A stretch of 64,000 nucleotides of DNA from Ignavibacteriota bacterium (GCA_963727825.1 CAVSHO010000007.1:128001-192000); one strand, 5' to 3'; positions 22,253-32,922 are shown, counted from the stretch's first letter. Numbers and translations are program-made. The notes: a model not told the origin generated them from the letters alone.

Positions 22253-22338
22253 GCCGGGATGGCGGAATTGGTAGACGCACAGGACTTAAAATCCTGTGTC
22301 CTGCAAAGGGCGTGCGGGTTCGAGTCCCGCTCTCGGCA
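22253..22338 (+). tRNA. tRNA-Leu (TAA)
   Basis: GCCGGGA/TCTCGGC acceptor, CAGGA-CTTAAAA-TCCTG anticodon arm, long variable arm, GGTTCGAGTCC. Confidence 0.96.
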
Positions 22339-22715
22339 CAAAATTGTTAATACAATTGAAGTTAGCGAATTGAAAGGTTGCTTCAAGAAGTCCTACCTTG
22401 AAAATCCAATAGTGTTCATATTTTGTTCCCATGCAGTCACCTCATTCATTTTTCTTGAGAGAAATGCAATGTATTTCAGCAAGCGAATAAATAGAAATTA
22501 TTATGTTTGTTTTCTTAATAGTTTCGGAAGGTGGCAACTAGCCACCCTAAAATATCGAAATGAAAATGGAAATAGTAGGAACGTACACGATCTCCTTTTG
22601 TGTTAATAGTTAAACGCACTAAGTTCGGTGTGAATACTTGAAGTGGGTGAGGAAAGGAGCAGAGCGATATAATCGTAAAAAAATAATTTCACATAAATCA
22701 ATTGAAAGGCTATTT

Positions 22716-23438
22716 ATGAAACTCCACCTTCTTTTGTGCGCGGTTGTTTTCATAAGTATGCAGAATCTGAAAGCTCAAGAATCTGTATGCCAATTTTCTA
22801 CACTCCAATATTCTTCTTCTCAATCTTTCGTATTTCAATCTTCATTGAGCAATGAATTATTGTTTGCTCAGCCGAGCTCACCGCTCGATTCTCTTTTGCA
22901 GCCCCCAAAGCGCAAATTAATTCCGGCTAATGCGAGCTGGATGGAAAAATATCTGTGGGACGAGGATGGCTTATTTAGAACAATGGGGTTAGCTTCCCCT
23001 CTGACACCGGAGACGCGGAAGAGCGAGCTCAGTCTCCGACGCGGCATGCTTACCGCTCATCTTATAGGAGGGGTTGTAACGCTTGCAAGCATTTATACAG
23101 CAATCTATTACGGTCAAAAGATGATTGACGGTGACATTTCGCGAAGCAATCGTGACCATCATCAACTCTTTGTAACAACGACGATTATTTCATATTCAGC
23201 GACTGGATTGCTTTCCGTGCTTTCACCGCCTCCTATGATTCGACGTAACGAGATCAGTACCATAACGATTCATAAAACACTCGCATGGGTTCACTTTACT
23301 GGAATGATCTTAACCCCAATACTCGGTTCAATGATCAGTCGTCGTGCCACATCATCACAGCTTGCCCATTTCCATCAAGCATCAGCTTATATCACAGCCG
23401 CGGCACTAACAGCTTCAATGATCGTTATAACATTTTAA
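22716..23438 (+). CDS. Signal-peptide-bearing membrane protein with His-containing TM helices
   Basis: 4 hydrophobic helices with His (AHLIGG, HHQLF, IHKTLAWVH, FHQAS); adjacent to YceI. Confidence 0.55.
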   Translation: MKLHLLLCAVVFISMQNLKAQESVCQFSTLQYSSSQSFVFQSSLSNELLFAQPSSPLDSLLQPPKRKLIPANASWMEKYLWDEDGLFRTMGLASPLTPETRKSELSLRRGMLTAHLIGGVVTLASIYTAIYYGQKMIDGDISRSNRDHHQLFVTTTIISYSATGLLSVLSPPPMIRRNEISTITIHKTLAWVHFTGMILTPILGSMISRRATSSQLAHFHQASAYITAAALTASMIVITF

Positions 23439-23448
23439 AAGGATTACG

Positions 23449-24000
23449 ATGAAAACGAAAACGGTATCATTCTTGGGGTGGATGCTTCTGACAACATTTT
23501 GTGTTACTGCTCAAACAAAGACGGTTGAGTGTACTAAAGATGAAACGTCGGTTACATACATACTCAAGCATCCCCTCCATCAAATGGAAAGCACAAGCAA
23601 AGAAATAAACTGCCGCATCGAAATCGATCCGATAAAGAAAGAAATCAAAGCGGTATCGGCACAAATCGATGTCATGACGTTCAATAGTGGAAATTCAAAT
23701 CGCGATTCACATGCAATGGAGGTGATCGATGCAATCACCTATCCTGATGTGATGTTCTCGAGCACTTCTATTGTTCAGAATGGCGATAGTTTGAAAGTGA
23801 CCGGTAATCTTACCTTTCACGGCATAACAAAAACCATTGTCATTGCGGCAGCGACAAAATGGCCGCCCAACAGGTTTGTGGTGAATGGCGCGTTTGATAT
23901 AAGCTTAACTGAGTTTAAAGTCGAGCGACCTTCACTTTTGATGGTGAAGTGCGACGACACATTACGATTTACTTTGATCGCAGTTTTCAAGTTAGATTAA
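23449..24000 (+). CDS. YceI family protein
   Basis: FNSGNSNRDSH, VTGNLTFHGITK. Confidence 0.9.
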   Translation: MKTKTVSFLGWMLLTTFCVTAQTKTVECTKDETSVTYILKHPLHQMESTSKEINCRIEIDPIKKEIKAVSAQIDVMTFNSGNSNRDSHAMEVIDAITYPDVMFSSTSIVQNGDSLKVTGNLTFHGITKTIVIAAATKWPPNRFVVNGAFDISLTEFKVERPSLLMVKCDDTLRFTLIAVFKLD

Positions 24001-24378
24001 ACAGACACTTATTACTAGTTATAATGGCGATCTTTTTACTGAACTTCTTTATGCTATAAGTTAATCTACAGCCATGCGACCATATACAAAGTTGTCTATA
24101 GTGAGCGTAGGTGTGCGGGGTGATAATAGTTGTGCAGGTGCCGCGGGAAATTTAGGGCGATGACGAAATGAATTCATTATATTCTATAGGAGATTGCTTG
24201 ATAAAAAAAAGTCCCATTTTTTTAAGCCATAAAGGAGATCCATCAAGTAGCTTCTACTTCAGTATAAAAGGGAAATCAATCTAAACCGAAAGGCAAAGTG
24301 GTTTTGCCAAAATTATTTCTGATTTCTGTTTCTAAAAGGTAAATCGAATCCAAATATTTTTATTACATTGTTTCTGCT

Positions 24379-24639
24379 ATGTTTCAACTAATTTATAATA
24401 CTAGACATACATGTGGCGAACTGATCTATCTTGCCGATTACCGCTTCAAATCCCGTAAAGATTTAAAGTTCCATTCAGATATTAAACCATTGAAGATGGA
24501 ATGTCGCAAATGCCTCTTAGAGACTGATGCTTCTTATTTTGAAGTATGGGAATCAGAAGGTTCAGGTATAAAGAAGATCGTTGAGGTGACTCCTATTAAG
24601 TATCTCAATGATGTATGTAAGAAGTTGACAAATTCATAA
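24379..24639 (+). CDS. Small hypothetical protein (HxC...CxxC)
   Basis: 86-aa ORF with ATG start and possible Zn ligands. Confidence 0.4.
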   Translation: MFQLIYNTRHTCGELIYLADYRFKSRKDLKFHSDIKPLKMECRKCLLETDASYFEVWESEGSGIKKIVEVTPIKYLNDVCKKLTNS

Positions 24640-24810
24640 GCGATTGGTATGTAGCTACTATCGTCTCCTCGGCGGCAAAGTCAGCTTTCCTAATCCTCGC
24701 GTTTGGTAATGCATCGGGAATTTTTATTGTTAGTAATATTACAGTTCCTTACATTAAACCATTACTTAAGTAAACTTTTGTATATCTATAAACAAATATG
24801 TGAATAAACT

Positions 24811-25377
24811 ATGATTGATAAAACAAAAACCGCATTAGTTGTTATCGATCTTCAGAAAGGTATTGTTGGTATGCCAACTCAACCGTACCCTGCAAATGTC
24901 GTTGTCGCAAATGCGGCGAAGCTTGCACAAGCTTTTCGGAAGAATCAAATGCCTGTTTTTCTTGTGAGAGTGACGCCGTCTGCCGATGGAAAAGACGGAC
25001 TTCAACCGGCTATCGATAGCAAGGTTCGGATGAATTTTCCGAGACCTGCTGACTGGGCTGAGCTTGTTCCTGAACTGGGTCCTGAACCGAGCGATTTTGT
25101 GATTACAAAAAGGCAGTGGGGTGCTTTTTATGGAACTGAACTTGATTTGCAATTGCGAAGGCGAAAAATCGAGAAAATTGTTTTGTGCGGCGTTTCCACG
25201 AATGTCGGTGTGGAGAGCACAGCAAGATTTGCTTATGAATACGGTTATCAGCAGATATTCGCTGAAGATGCCTGCTCTGCCCGTTCGATAGAAGAGCACG
25301 ATCATACAATGAAAACAACATTTCCGCGGATCGGAAGAATCCAAAAGACGGAAGAAATTTTATCTGCTCTGGAATAA
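24811..25377 (+). CDS. Isochorismatase/cysteine hydrolase family
   Basis: ALVVIDLQ, KRQWGAFYGT, GVSTNVGVESTAR. Confidence 0.9.
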   Translation: MIDKTKTALVVIDLQKGIVGMPTQPYPANVVVANAAKLAQAFRKNQMPVFLVRVTPSADGKDGLQPAIDSKVRMNFPRPADWAELVPELGPEPSDFVITKRQWGAFYGTELDLQLRRRKIEKIVLCGVSTNVGVESTARFAYEYGYQQIFAEDACSARSIEEHDHTMKTTFPRIGRIQKTEEILSALE

Positions 25378-25380
25378 ACT

Positions 25381-26187
25381 ATGGATGATTGCAACCTGAT
25401 TACTGTTCGTAATCTAAAAAAATGTTTCAGTGAAATAACGGCTGTTGATGAGATTTCTTTTGATGTGAAACACGGTGACGTGTTTGCATTCTTAGGCCCA
25501 AATGGAGCAGGAAAAAGCACGACAATCAAGATGCTAATCACGTTGCTTGCACCTACAAGCGGGAAAGCAACTATTGACGGCCATGACATCGTAAGAGATT
25601 CCGCACAAGTGCGGCGGAATATCGGTTATGTGCCGCAAATGATATCCGTAGATGGAGCGCTCACGGCATATGAAAACCTTGTTCTTATGGCGCGTCTGTA
25701 TGATATTCCTGCACACGAATGCGCTACTCGCGCACGAGAAGTTCTCTCTTTCTTAGAATTAGAAGATCATGAAAATTCTCTCGTGCGTACATTTTCCGGC
25801 GGTATGATCCGGCGGCTTGAGATAGGGCAGGCAATAGTTCATCATCCCAAAGTGCTTTTCCTTGACGAACCGACATCTGGTCTTGACCCGGTTGCACGCC
25901 AACATATCTGGGAACACATTTTGGATTTACGGAAGACGTACAGCACAACGATTTTCTTTTCCACTCATCAAATGGAAGAAGCAGAAGAAATGAGCGACAT
26001 GGTGGCGATAATGAATGCGGGAAAAATCGCAATCATCGGCACTCCGAAAGAAATTAAAGCAAAGACGGGTAAAGAGGATACAAACCTCGAAGAAGCTTTC
26101 ATCTTTTTCACTGGAACAAATCTGAAAGAGACCGGCAATTTTCGCGATGTGCGCCGCTCGCGACGGACGGAACAAAGATTAGGATGA
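25381..26187 (+). CDS. ABC transporter ATP-binding protein (DrrA-like)
   Basis: GPNGAGKST, FSGGM, LFLDEP. Confidence 0.93.
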   Translation: MDDCNLITVRNLKKCFSEITAVDEISFDVKHGDVFAFLGPNGAGKSTTIKMLITLLAPTSGKATIDGHDIVRDSAQVRRNIGYVPQMISVDGALTAYENLVLMARLYDIPAHECATRAREVLSFLELEDHENSLVRTFSGGMIRRLEIGQAIVHHPKVLFLDEPTSGLDPVARQHIWEHILDLRKTYSTTIFFSTHQMEEAEEMSDMVAIMNAGKIAIIGTPKEIKAKTGKEDTNLEEAFIFFTGTNLKETGNFRDVRRSRRTEQRLG

Positions 26188-26978
26188 TAACTGTGAAAAT
26201 CATAACGAGATACTTTTTACAGGTCTGTAAAAAATCTTGGATTTTGTCAGAATCAGAGATACGCAAATTGCTCCACGACCCCACAGAGCTTGTCACGCGT
26301 GCAATCCAGCCGATCCTATGGCTTGGAATTTTTGGCGAGGCGATGAGCAAAGTACGTGCAATTCCCACCGGAAATTATTCATATATGCAATTCATTACTC
26401 CGGGGATACTTACTCAGTCAGTTGTTTTTATAGCCATTTTCTATGGATTGAATATTATCTGGGAACGTGACATGGGATTGCTACAGAAATTGCTCGTGAC
26501 GCCAACGCCGCGTCTTGCATTGGTCTTGGGCAAGATGGGATCTGCGGGCGTGAGGGGATTGTGCCAAGCGGTGATTGTTTTCCTTTTTGCTCTGGTGCTA
26601 GGAGTGCCGCTTATTTTCACAATAGGGTCAGTTTTTGGGGTGGTTATTATTGTATTGCTCGGCGCAGGATTTTTCACGGGACTTTCGATGATTATTGCAT
26701 CGATCGTAAAAACTCGTGAACGGTTTATGGGGATCGGGCAGGTAATAACGTTGCCGCTATTCTTTGCATCAAACGCGATTTATCCGATCAGTATCATGCC
26801 ATCATGGCTCCAGGCGGTCGCATATCTCAATCCCTTAAGTTATATGGTAGATGGCTTGCGCTCACTCCTCGTTATCGGATCACCTGCACAACTTCCCATT
26901 GACATTGGCATTCTCACTGCCGTTACAGTCGTGATCTCGATCATCAGTGCCTATATGTATCCAAAGGTCGTTGTATAA
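26184..26978 (+). CDS. ABC-2 type permease (DrrB-like)
   Basis: 6 TM; FITPGI, NPLSYMVDGLR. Confidence 0.9.
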   Translation: MITVKIITRYFLQVCKKSWILSESEIRKLLHDPTELVTRAIQPILWLGIFGEAMSKVRAIPTGNYSYMQFITPGILTQSVVFIAIFYGLNIIWERDMGLLQKLLVTPTPRLALVLGKMGSAGVRGLCQAVIVFLFALVLGVPLIFTIGSVFGVVIIVLLGAGFFTGLSMIIASIVKTRERFMGIGQVITLPLFFASNAIYPISIMPSWLQAVAYLNPLSYMVDGLRSLLVIGSPAQLPIDIGILTAVTVVISIISAYMYPKVVV

Positions 26979-27245
26979 AATTGAACATAAAAAACATTGT
27001 CGAAGTAACACCGATTGATAATCTTATCGTGATTGTTGAGAAGTTGAGTAGATCATAGACGATTTGTATTTTGCTATTGCAGTATCCCCGACTGCACGAA
27101 TTGTGTTGTGACTTTTAAAAACTTAGACTTATCATTTGTGGGTTATTTATTAGTGCATAAATGATATTGTTTCCTCGACCCTTAAATATTCAAGTAAAAT
27201 CTGAAAAAAATTAGTATATTATATATATATCAAAGGAGAAATATT

Positions 27246-27443
27246 ATGTTTGAGAACATTGGCGGCCCGGAGCTCTTACTTATTCTGATAGTCATTTTTC
27301 TATTCTTTGGTGCAAAGAAAATACCGGAGATAGCAAAAGGACTTGGCCAGGGTATTCGAGAGTTCCGAAAGGCAGCACGCGATATTCAGGAAGAAGTAAA
27401 TAAAGAAGTAAAGCAGATCGACGATAAGTCCGAAAAGAAATGA
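27246..27443 (+). CDS. tatA: Twin-arginine translocase TatA/TatE
   Basis: IGGPELLLIL...FGAKKIPEIAKGLGQGIREFRK. Confidence 0.93.
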   Translation: MFENIGGPELLLILIVIFLFFGAKKIPEIAKGLGQGIREFRKAARDIQEEVNKEVKQIDDKSEKK

Positions 27444-27609
27444 TTACGTATTCAGCCAATTCCTGAGTACGCTGTAATGAATAGAAACTGTATCCGTCCA
27501 CTACTGGCTATTCTTGCAATGTCAAACGGAAAGGATTAAGCGATCTTATGAAAGAGATATAAGGGGATTATTGTGACAGTTAATTGCTGGTCAATATTCT
27601 TGTGGATTC

Positions 27610-29241
27610 TTGATGAATAAAAGTGTAAAACTGTTTTACTATTTTCTTATTTCTTTATCAATACTCGATGTGTCTCTTCATGCTCAATCATACGATGATA
27701 CACTCTGTCTTCATTTCAATTCGGATCAGATTCATATCGACAACTTGACTCTGGAAAGAGTGGAAACATTAATACCCGGTGTCCGTCCGAATAACTTCAT
27801 TCGTACATATTCACCGTTTGATCAAATTACCATTTCTCTTTCTGATCCAAGAATTAGCCCGCTATTTAGAGAGGATCTTTCTTATCGCTTTGATTCCACA
27901 GAAAAAGTTATCGGGCTCTCATACGATTATGAAAACAATAATGTATCGGTAGAACCGATTCTTGGATTTAATTCGGCGTATGATAAAACCGGTATAAACA
28001 CTTGGACAAAGGCATTGGGATTTAAGGTCTTCGGTAATATTGGGTCATCTTATTCTTTCTATATGAAAGTAGTAGACAATACCGTTAGCGGGAAAATAAT
28101 TGACATGAAGAAAGAACTGGATAACACTGATGGTTTTATCGTTAGCCACAATAATGGGACTGATGGTTTTGACTTTGATGATATGGAGGGGCAGGTTGGC
28201 GCCCGGTTTGGAGTTGCACAACTGTTTATCGAGAAGATCAGAAACGTTTGGGGTTACGGCGAGGATGGCCAAATCATCTATTCGAGAAAAGCTCCCAGCT
28301 ATCCTCAATTAAGACTTGTTATCTCCCTTAATGACCATTTAAAGTTTACATATCTACAAGCAGTCTTATTTTCTGATATCGTCGATTCGCTTCAGAGTTA
28401 TGGGAACACTTCTTATTATGATACTTATCGAAGAGTCTATCGATCGAAGTACATGGCCGCTCATCTTCTTGAATACGCCCCATCCAATGAGTTAAATTTT
28501 TCTCTCGGTGAATCCATTATCTTTAGTGATAGCTTCGAACCCGTGTTCCTTATTCCGGTTCTCCTTTTCAAGGCAGCTGAGTATCAATACAGAGACAACG
28601 ACAACGCACAAATTTTCGGTGGAATGCGTTATTCACTTCGTTCGATCGGTTATCTCTACACCGATTTTTTTATTGACGATATCAATACCGACAAATTATT
28701 CAGCGCTCAGAACGATAATGTCCTCGCAGGTACCTTCGGAGCCCGCCTAACGGATTGCATATTGAAGGACCTGGACATAGTTGCCGAGTACACTAGGATA
28801 AATCCATGGGTTTATACACACAAATACGAAGCCACAACTTATACCAGTAATTCGTATGTTCTTGGACATTGGTTGGGTCAAAATAGCGAACTATTCTATT
28901 TGTCCGCAGAGTATCGATGGATCCGATCTTTGTGGATGAAGCTTTCAATGCAGTACATTGAAAAGGGAATTCTTGACCCCGAACACCTCCATTATACTAT
29001 TCCTGGAGTTCCCACATTTTTAGAAGGCCCTTTATTCCATCAAACGGTGATCAAATATGAAACGCAATGGGAACTGTATAGAAATTTGTTTTTAAAGGGT
29101 GAAATAGTTCTTACAAATCAAAACAGTGGCCAGATCGCTCTTACAAATTTGAGCAGTGACCTTCCGACCTATTATCCTTCTTATTCTAATAGACTCACAA
29201 TGAACGTAGGAATTGTATACAATCTCTTCGATAATAATTGA
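27610..29241 (+). CDS. Capsule assembly Wzi-like outer membrane protein
   Basis: Signal peptide; WGYG, KYMAAHLLE, LGES, DNAQ, LGHWLGQNS motifs. Confidence 0.65.
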   Translation: MMNKSVKLFYYFLISLSILDVSLHAQSYDDTLCLHFNSDQIHIDNLTLERVETLIPGVRPNNFIRTYSPFDQITISLSDPRISPLFREDLSYRFDSTEKVIGLSYDYENNNVSVEPILGFNSAYDKTGINTWTKALGFKVFGNIGSSYSFYMKVVDNTVSGKIIDMKKELDNTDGFIVSHNNGTDGFDFDDMEGQVGARFGVAQLFIEKIRNVWGYGEDGQIIYSRKAPSYPQLRLVISLNDHLKFTYLQAVLFSDIVDSLQSYGNTSYYDTYRRVYRSKYMAAHLLEYAPSNELNFSLGESIIFSDSFEPVFLIPVLLFKAAEYQYRDNDNAQIFGGMRYSLRSIGYLYTDFFIDDINTDKLFSAQNDNVLAGTFGARLTDCILKDLDIVAEYTRINPWVYTHKYEATTYTSNSYVLGHWLGQNSELFYLSAEYRWIRSLWMKLSMQYIEKGILDPEHLHYTIPGVPTFLEGPLFHQTVIKYETQWELYRNLFLKGEIVLTNQNSGQIALTNLSSDLPTYYPSYSNRLTMNVGIVYNLFDNN

Positions 29242-29272
29242 GTAATTATTCAAATCAATTTTTGAGGTAAGA

Positions 29273-30199
29273 ATGAAATCCGGGATGACGATATTAGAGA
29301 TATGCTGCCTTTTTTTTGTATGCATGAATACGCATGGGCAATATAAAATTGGTCCCGCAACTCAAAGCAACAAATATTCATTAACAGGCAATTTGCAGTA
29401 TGATCTCTCAACGAATATTAATAGCGACAACAGTATGGACAGTTCCAGGACAGCAAATCCAGAAGTCTCTAAGAGATTTTACTCTCCCTTAAAAGCAAGT
29501 TTATTTTCCGCTGTCATCCCCGGCGCTGGGCAATTCTACACAAAAAGCTATTTACAGAGTGCAGCATTTCTCAGTGCAGAAGCCCTTATGTGGGTCTTGT
29601 ATATTCACTATAAGAATCAAGGAGATCAGCGGACGAATGATTTTAATAATTATGCAGATGCACATTGGTCCGTTGTTCGCTATGCACAATGGATCCAAGC
29701 CAATTACCCGCAGAATGTGCAGGGTTATTCACTCTTCATACCTAATACCGCGAATCTACCCACGTGGCAACAAGTGAATTGGGGCCAGCTCAATGCCGTT
29801 GAAGGGAGTATGGCTGTTGGCACTGGTTTTACTCATCAGCTTGTCATGTATCCGGATCAGCAGTATTATGAAGAGATTGGCAAGTATTCACAATTCTCTG
29901 GCGGATGGGACGATGGCAGTAACGTTACAGCGGCTGAGGTGGGTAGCACCTACGGATACTATACTCCACATAGCACTTTGTATGTTCATATGCGTGCAGA
30001 TGCGAACAGCTCTTACAATATTGCGACAGCATATTCATGTGTACTCCTTGCTAATCACGTATTCAGTGCTCTCGAAGCGGCGTGGAATGCATCAAATATC
30101 AATCATAAAATTCATTTGGAAGGACATATTGAATCTAGACAAATTTATGGGAATGCTGTAGAGTTCGTACCTGCACTTCAATTAGAGTATGAATTCTAA
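29273..30199 (+). CDS. Hypothetical exported/outer membrane protein (DUF5683-like N-terminal motif)
   Basis: SPLKASLFSAVIPGAGQFY; terminal aromatic residue. Confidence 0.6.
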   Translation: MKSGMTILEICCLFFVCMNTHGQYKIGPATQSNKYSLTGNLQYDLSTNINSDNSMDSSRTANPEVSKRFYSPLKASLFSAVIPGAGQFYTKSYLQSAAFLSAEALMWVLYIHYKNQGDQRTNDFNNYADAHWSVVRYAQWIQANYPQNVQGYSLFIPNTANLPTWQQVNWGQLNAVEGSMAVGTGFTHQLVMYPDQQYYEEIGKYSQFSGGWDDGSNVTAAEVGSTYGYYTPHSTLYVHMRADANSSYNIATAYSCVLLANHVFSALEAAWNASNINHKIHLEGHIESRQIYGNAVEFVPALQLEYEF

Positions 30200-30352
30200 T
30201 AAAGAATACTGAAAAAGCGGCGTTTATTTAATTTTATTTAAAAAGAATTGAAGTAGATCAACGATAAATCTGATAAGAAATTATTATAAATTCAGCGTTT
30301 GCTGGAGGCTCTATTATATCAGAGAGTCTATAATTAAAAAGAAAGAAATACT

Positions 30353-31063
30353 ATGGGGAAATTGAAACCTCTTATTGTTATCCAAATTGCTCTCGCTGCT
30401 CTGTTTCTCGGATCGATAGTTTATGCAACGGTTCGTTTCGGGCCAGAGTTGACAAGGTTGGTTAGTGACCCTCATAAATTTAGAGAACATTTATTATCCT
30501 TCGGGCATTGGAGTGCTGTGGTATTCATGCTTTTCCAGGTGCTTCAAGTAGTGATAGCAGTCATACCTGGTGAACCCGTCCAAATAGCGGGAGGATATAT
30601 ATTCGGAACTTTCTGGGGCACAGTCTATTCTACACTGGGTATAACGGTAGGGTATATCATTGTATTTACATGTGTGAAGCTTTTCGGTTATCCGCTTGTT
30701 AAAATATTTGTTCCAGAGAAAGAGCTTGAGAAATTTAGCACACTAATGAATAATCCAAAACTGGAAACGACTATATTCCTTTTATTCCTCATTCCGGGCA
30801 TTCCCAAAGATATTCTCGTGTATGTTGCCGGACTTACGCCGATTAGACCTTTTTTGTTTTTTATCATAATAACTTTTGCACGCTTTCCCGCAATGCTTGG
30901 GTCTTCCTATATCGGTGCAAAAATTGAATCGAGCCAATATTCTATCGCAGTCGCCGTTTCTGTTATCGCAAGTATATTGTTTGTCTTCGGATACATATAC
31001 AAAAAGAGAATCATAGACTTTATCCATGTGCGATTCAACAAGAAGAAGATCGGCAATGAATAA
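30353..31063 (+). CDS. TVP38/TMEM64 (DedA/VTT) family membrane protein
   Basis: QVVIAVIPGE, LFLIPGIPKDILVY. Confidence 0.88.
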   Translation: MGKLKPLIVIQIALAALFLGSIVYATVRFGPELTRLVSDPHKFREHLLSFGHWSAVVFMLFQVLQVVIAVIPGEPVQIAGGYIFGTFWGTVYSTLGITVGYIIVFTCVKLFGYPLVKIFVPEKELEKFSTLMNNPKLETTIFLLFLIPGIPKDILVYVAGLTPIRPFLFFIIITFARFPAMLGSSYIGAKIESSQYSIAVAVSVIASILFVFGYIYKKRIIDFIHVRFNKKKIGNE

Positions 31064-31323
31064 AAATATTTCTAATCATAGGATAATCGCGGTTCTAGTA
31101 AAAGCCAGGCTCTTTGCATGAGAAAATATTTTATTAATAAATGCGTAGAAGGCCGACTGATATTAGAACGAGAATAATATGAAGCGGTTATCTTATACGA
31201 CATCTCTTGGATTTCTTGTCCAATTGCATTTCTTGTGGCACAGAATCGTTTTTGATTTATTCAAAATATAGAACAACCATTGGATGCATAACCCATCACA
31301 CCTTTGGAAAATGAAAGGAAGAT

Positions 31324-31749
31324 ATGAGCGCACATATTCCACATCCGCGAATTAAGGAAAGGGCCAAAATAGGTCCGCATCTCACAAAGCACGAGCATAT
31401 TGGGCTTAATGGTCGTTTAGCAATGCTGATAACTAATATGGTAAGCACAATGTGGTGTGCTTATCTTTTCGCGATCATAGCATTGATAAGTCTCCCTGCT
31501 GCTATAGAGGGAGGGACTGCTACCATTGTGTCTTGGATTGCCCAGACATTTCTGCAATTAGTCCTACTGTCGGTTATTATGGTAGGACAAAAAGTGGCGG
31601 CCAGAGCTTCCGATAAACAGGCTCTGCAAACGTTCAAAGATACTGAAGCAGTACCTGGAAATTCAGGACGAAGTCCACAAGTTGATAAAGATCAATTACG
31701 AACTGACTCAAGAAATTCACAGTTTTGTGACGAAAAAACAAAGAAATAA
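31324..31749 (+). CDS. DUF1003-like membrane protein (likely frameshift near 31655)
   Basis: STMWCAYLF, WIAQTFLQLVLLSVIMVGQ; an alternative frame continues LEIQDEVHKLIKIN. Confidence 0.65.
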   Translation: MSAHIPHPRIKERAKIGPHLTKHEHIGLNGRLAMLITNMVSTMWCAYLFAIIALISLPAAIEGGTATIVSWIAQTFLQLVLLSVIMVGQKVAARASDKQALQTFKDTEAVPGNSGRSPQVDKDQLRTDSRNSQFCDEKTKK

Positions 31750-31900
31750 TATAAATAAGTCACATAAACTGCAACAGTGACAGAAAGTGCACGGAATTTT
31801 TCTGAATTTTTTGTCATTCCCTATGGCAAATTGACTAAATCATAGGCGATTTGTATGTTGCAATTGCAATCTCAACATCCCGGTTGAGAAAAGTTTTTCT

Positions 31901-31936
31901 AATCCTCAGCACCCTGATAGTGTGCTGGGGATTTTT
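31901..31936 (+). terminator. Intrinsic terminator
   Basis: AATCCTCAGCAC-N9-GTGCTGGGGATT-TTT. Confidence 0.65.
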
Positions 31937-32048
31937 GCTGTTGCGTTGAATTCTTGATTCTGAGTTGAAGATGAAACATATTGCTCACGAGTGATGTATA
32001 ACTGAAGAAAATAACCATTGTCTTATAATATATCTCAAAGGATGAATT

Positions 32049-32912
32049 GTGAATAACCAACAAGACGGAAGTTTTTGGAGCGCCTTCGAAAGGTATCTTG
32101 TTTGTCTATTATCTTTGGTTTCCGGTTTGGTACTTATCTATTTGGCGATTGAAGGCCCACTTTTCTTGAATAACATTCACTACAGAACCTCTCTTTCAGG
32201 CATCTGCCAACTCAAAGGTCAGGATTTTGTTAATTTATATTTATTAAGTCCACTTTTACTTTACAGTTCAATTGTTCTTTTTCTTAGAAAAGAAATTTCG
32301 AAGTATCTCATGATTCTTACCCCGCTCTATTTGATATACTATGTATTAAGCTATACCATAGGAATGGAATGGAGTTCGCCAATCTATAGCGGCAATAGTG
32401 AAAAATATTTATTCTATTATTTATTTATCATGGTTTCGGCACTCATTACGTTGTTGTATGCACTCAGCGTATTCCCAAAATCTTTCCAGAATAGTTTTAA
32501 AAAGAAATGGCTTGCATTATATTCTGTTATTTTTGTTCTTTTTATTCTCATATTTGCATCAATGTGGTTTAAAGAGGTTGTGAGCGTTATTCAAACAGGA
32601 ACTACCCTGGGCTATAATGAAATGCCAACGGCATTTTGGACAATCAGAATTCTTGATCTTGGCTTTTCAATTCCTGTGGGTCTTATAAGCGTATATTTAC
32701 TCTGGACAAGGCCAAATGAAACTTACTCAATTCAGTTATTATTTTATGGCTTTTTTATTACGATGATAGCAGCAGTTAATTCTATGGGAATTATTATGTA
32801 CCTCAATAATGACCCAACGCTTACGGTAGGAGGTATGCTCGTCTTTATGATTTTGGCACTCATTGTCTTTGCCGGTTTTATTTTTGTAATTAAAAACTTT
32901 AAAAGAATGTGA
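32049..32912 (+). CDS. Polytopic membrane protein
   Basis: About 8 hydrophobic segments; GQD and LDLG motifs. Confidence 0.7.
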   Translation: MNNQQDGSFWSAFERYLVCLLSLVSGLVLIYLAIEGPLFLNNIHYRTSLSGICQLKGQDFVNLYLLSPLLLYSSIVLFLRKEISKYLMILTPLYLIYYVLSYTIGMEWSSPIYSGNSEKYLFYYLFIMVSALITLLYALSVFPKSFQNSFKKKWLALYSVIFVLFILIFASMWFKEVVSVIQTGTTLGYNEMPTAFWTIRILDLGFSIPVGLISVYLLWTRPNETYSIQLLFYGFFITMIAAVNSMGIIMYLNNDPTLTVGGMLVFMILALIVFAGFIFVIKNFKRM

Positions 32913-32922
32913 AGGAACTATT

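Noticed and set aside
24230-24310. Possible c-di-GMP riboswitch (GAAA/GGCAAA words)
   Set aside because: The required paired elements and order could not be assembled by eye.
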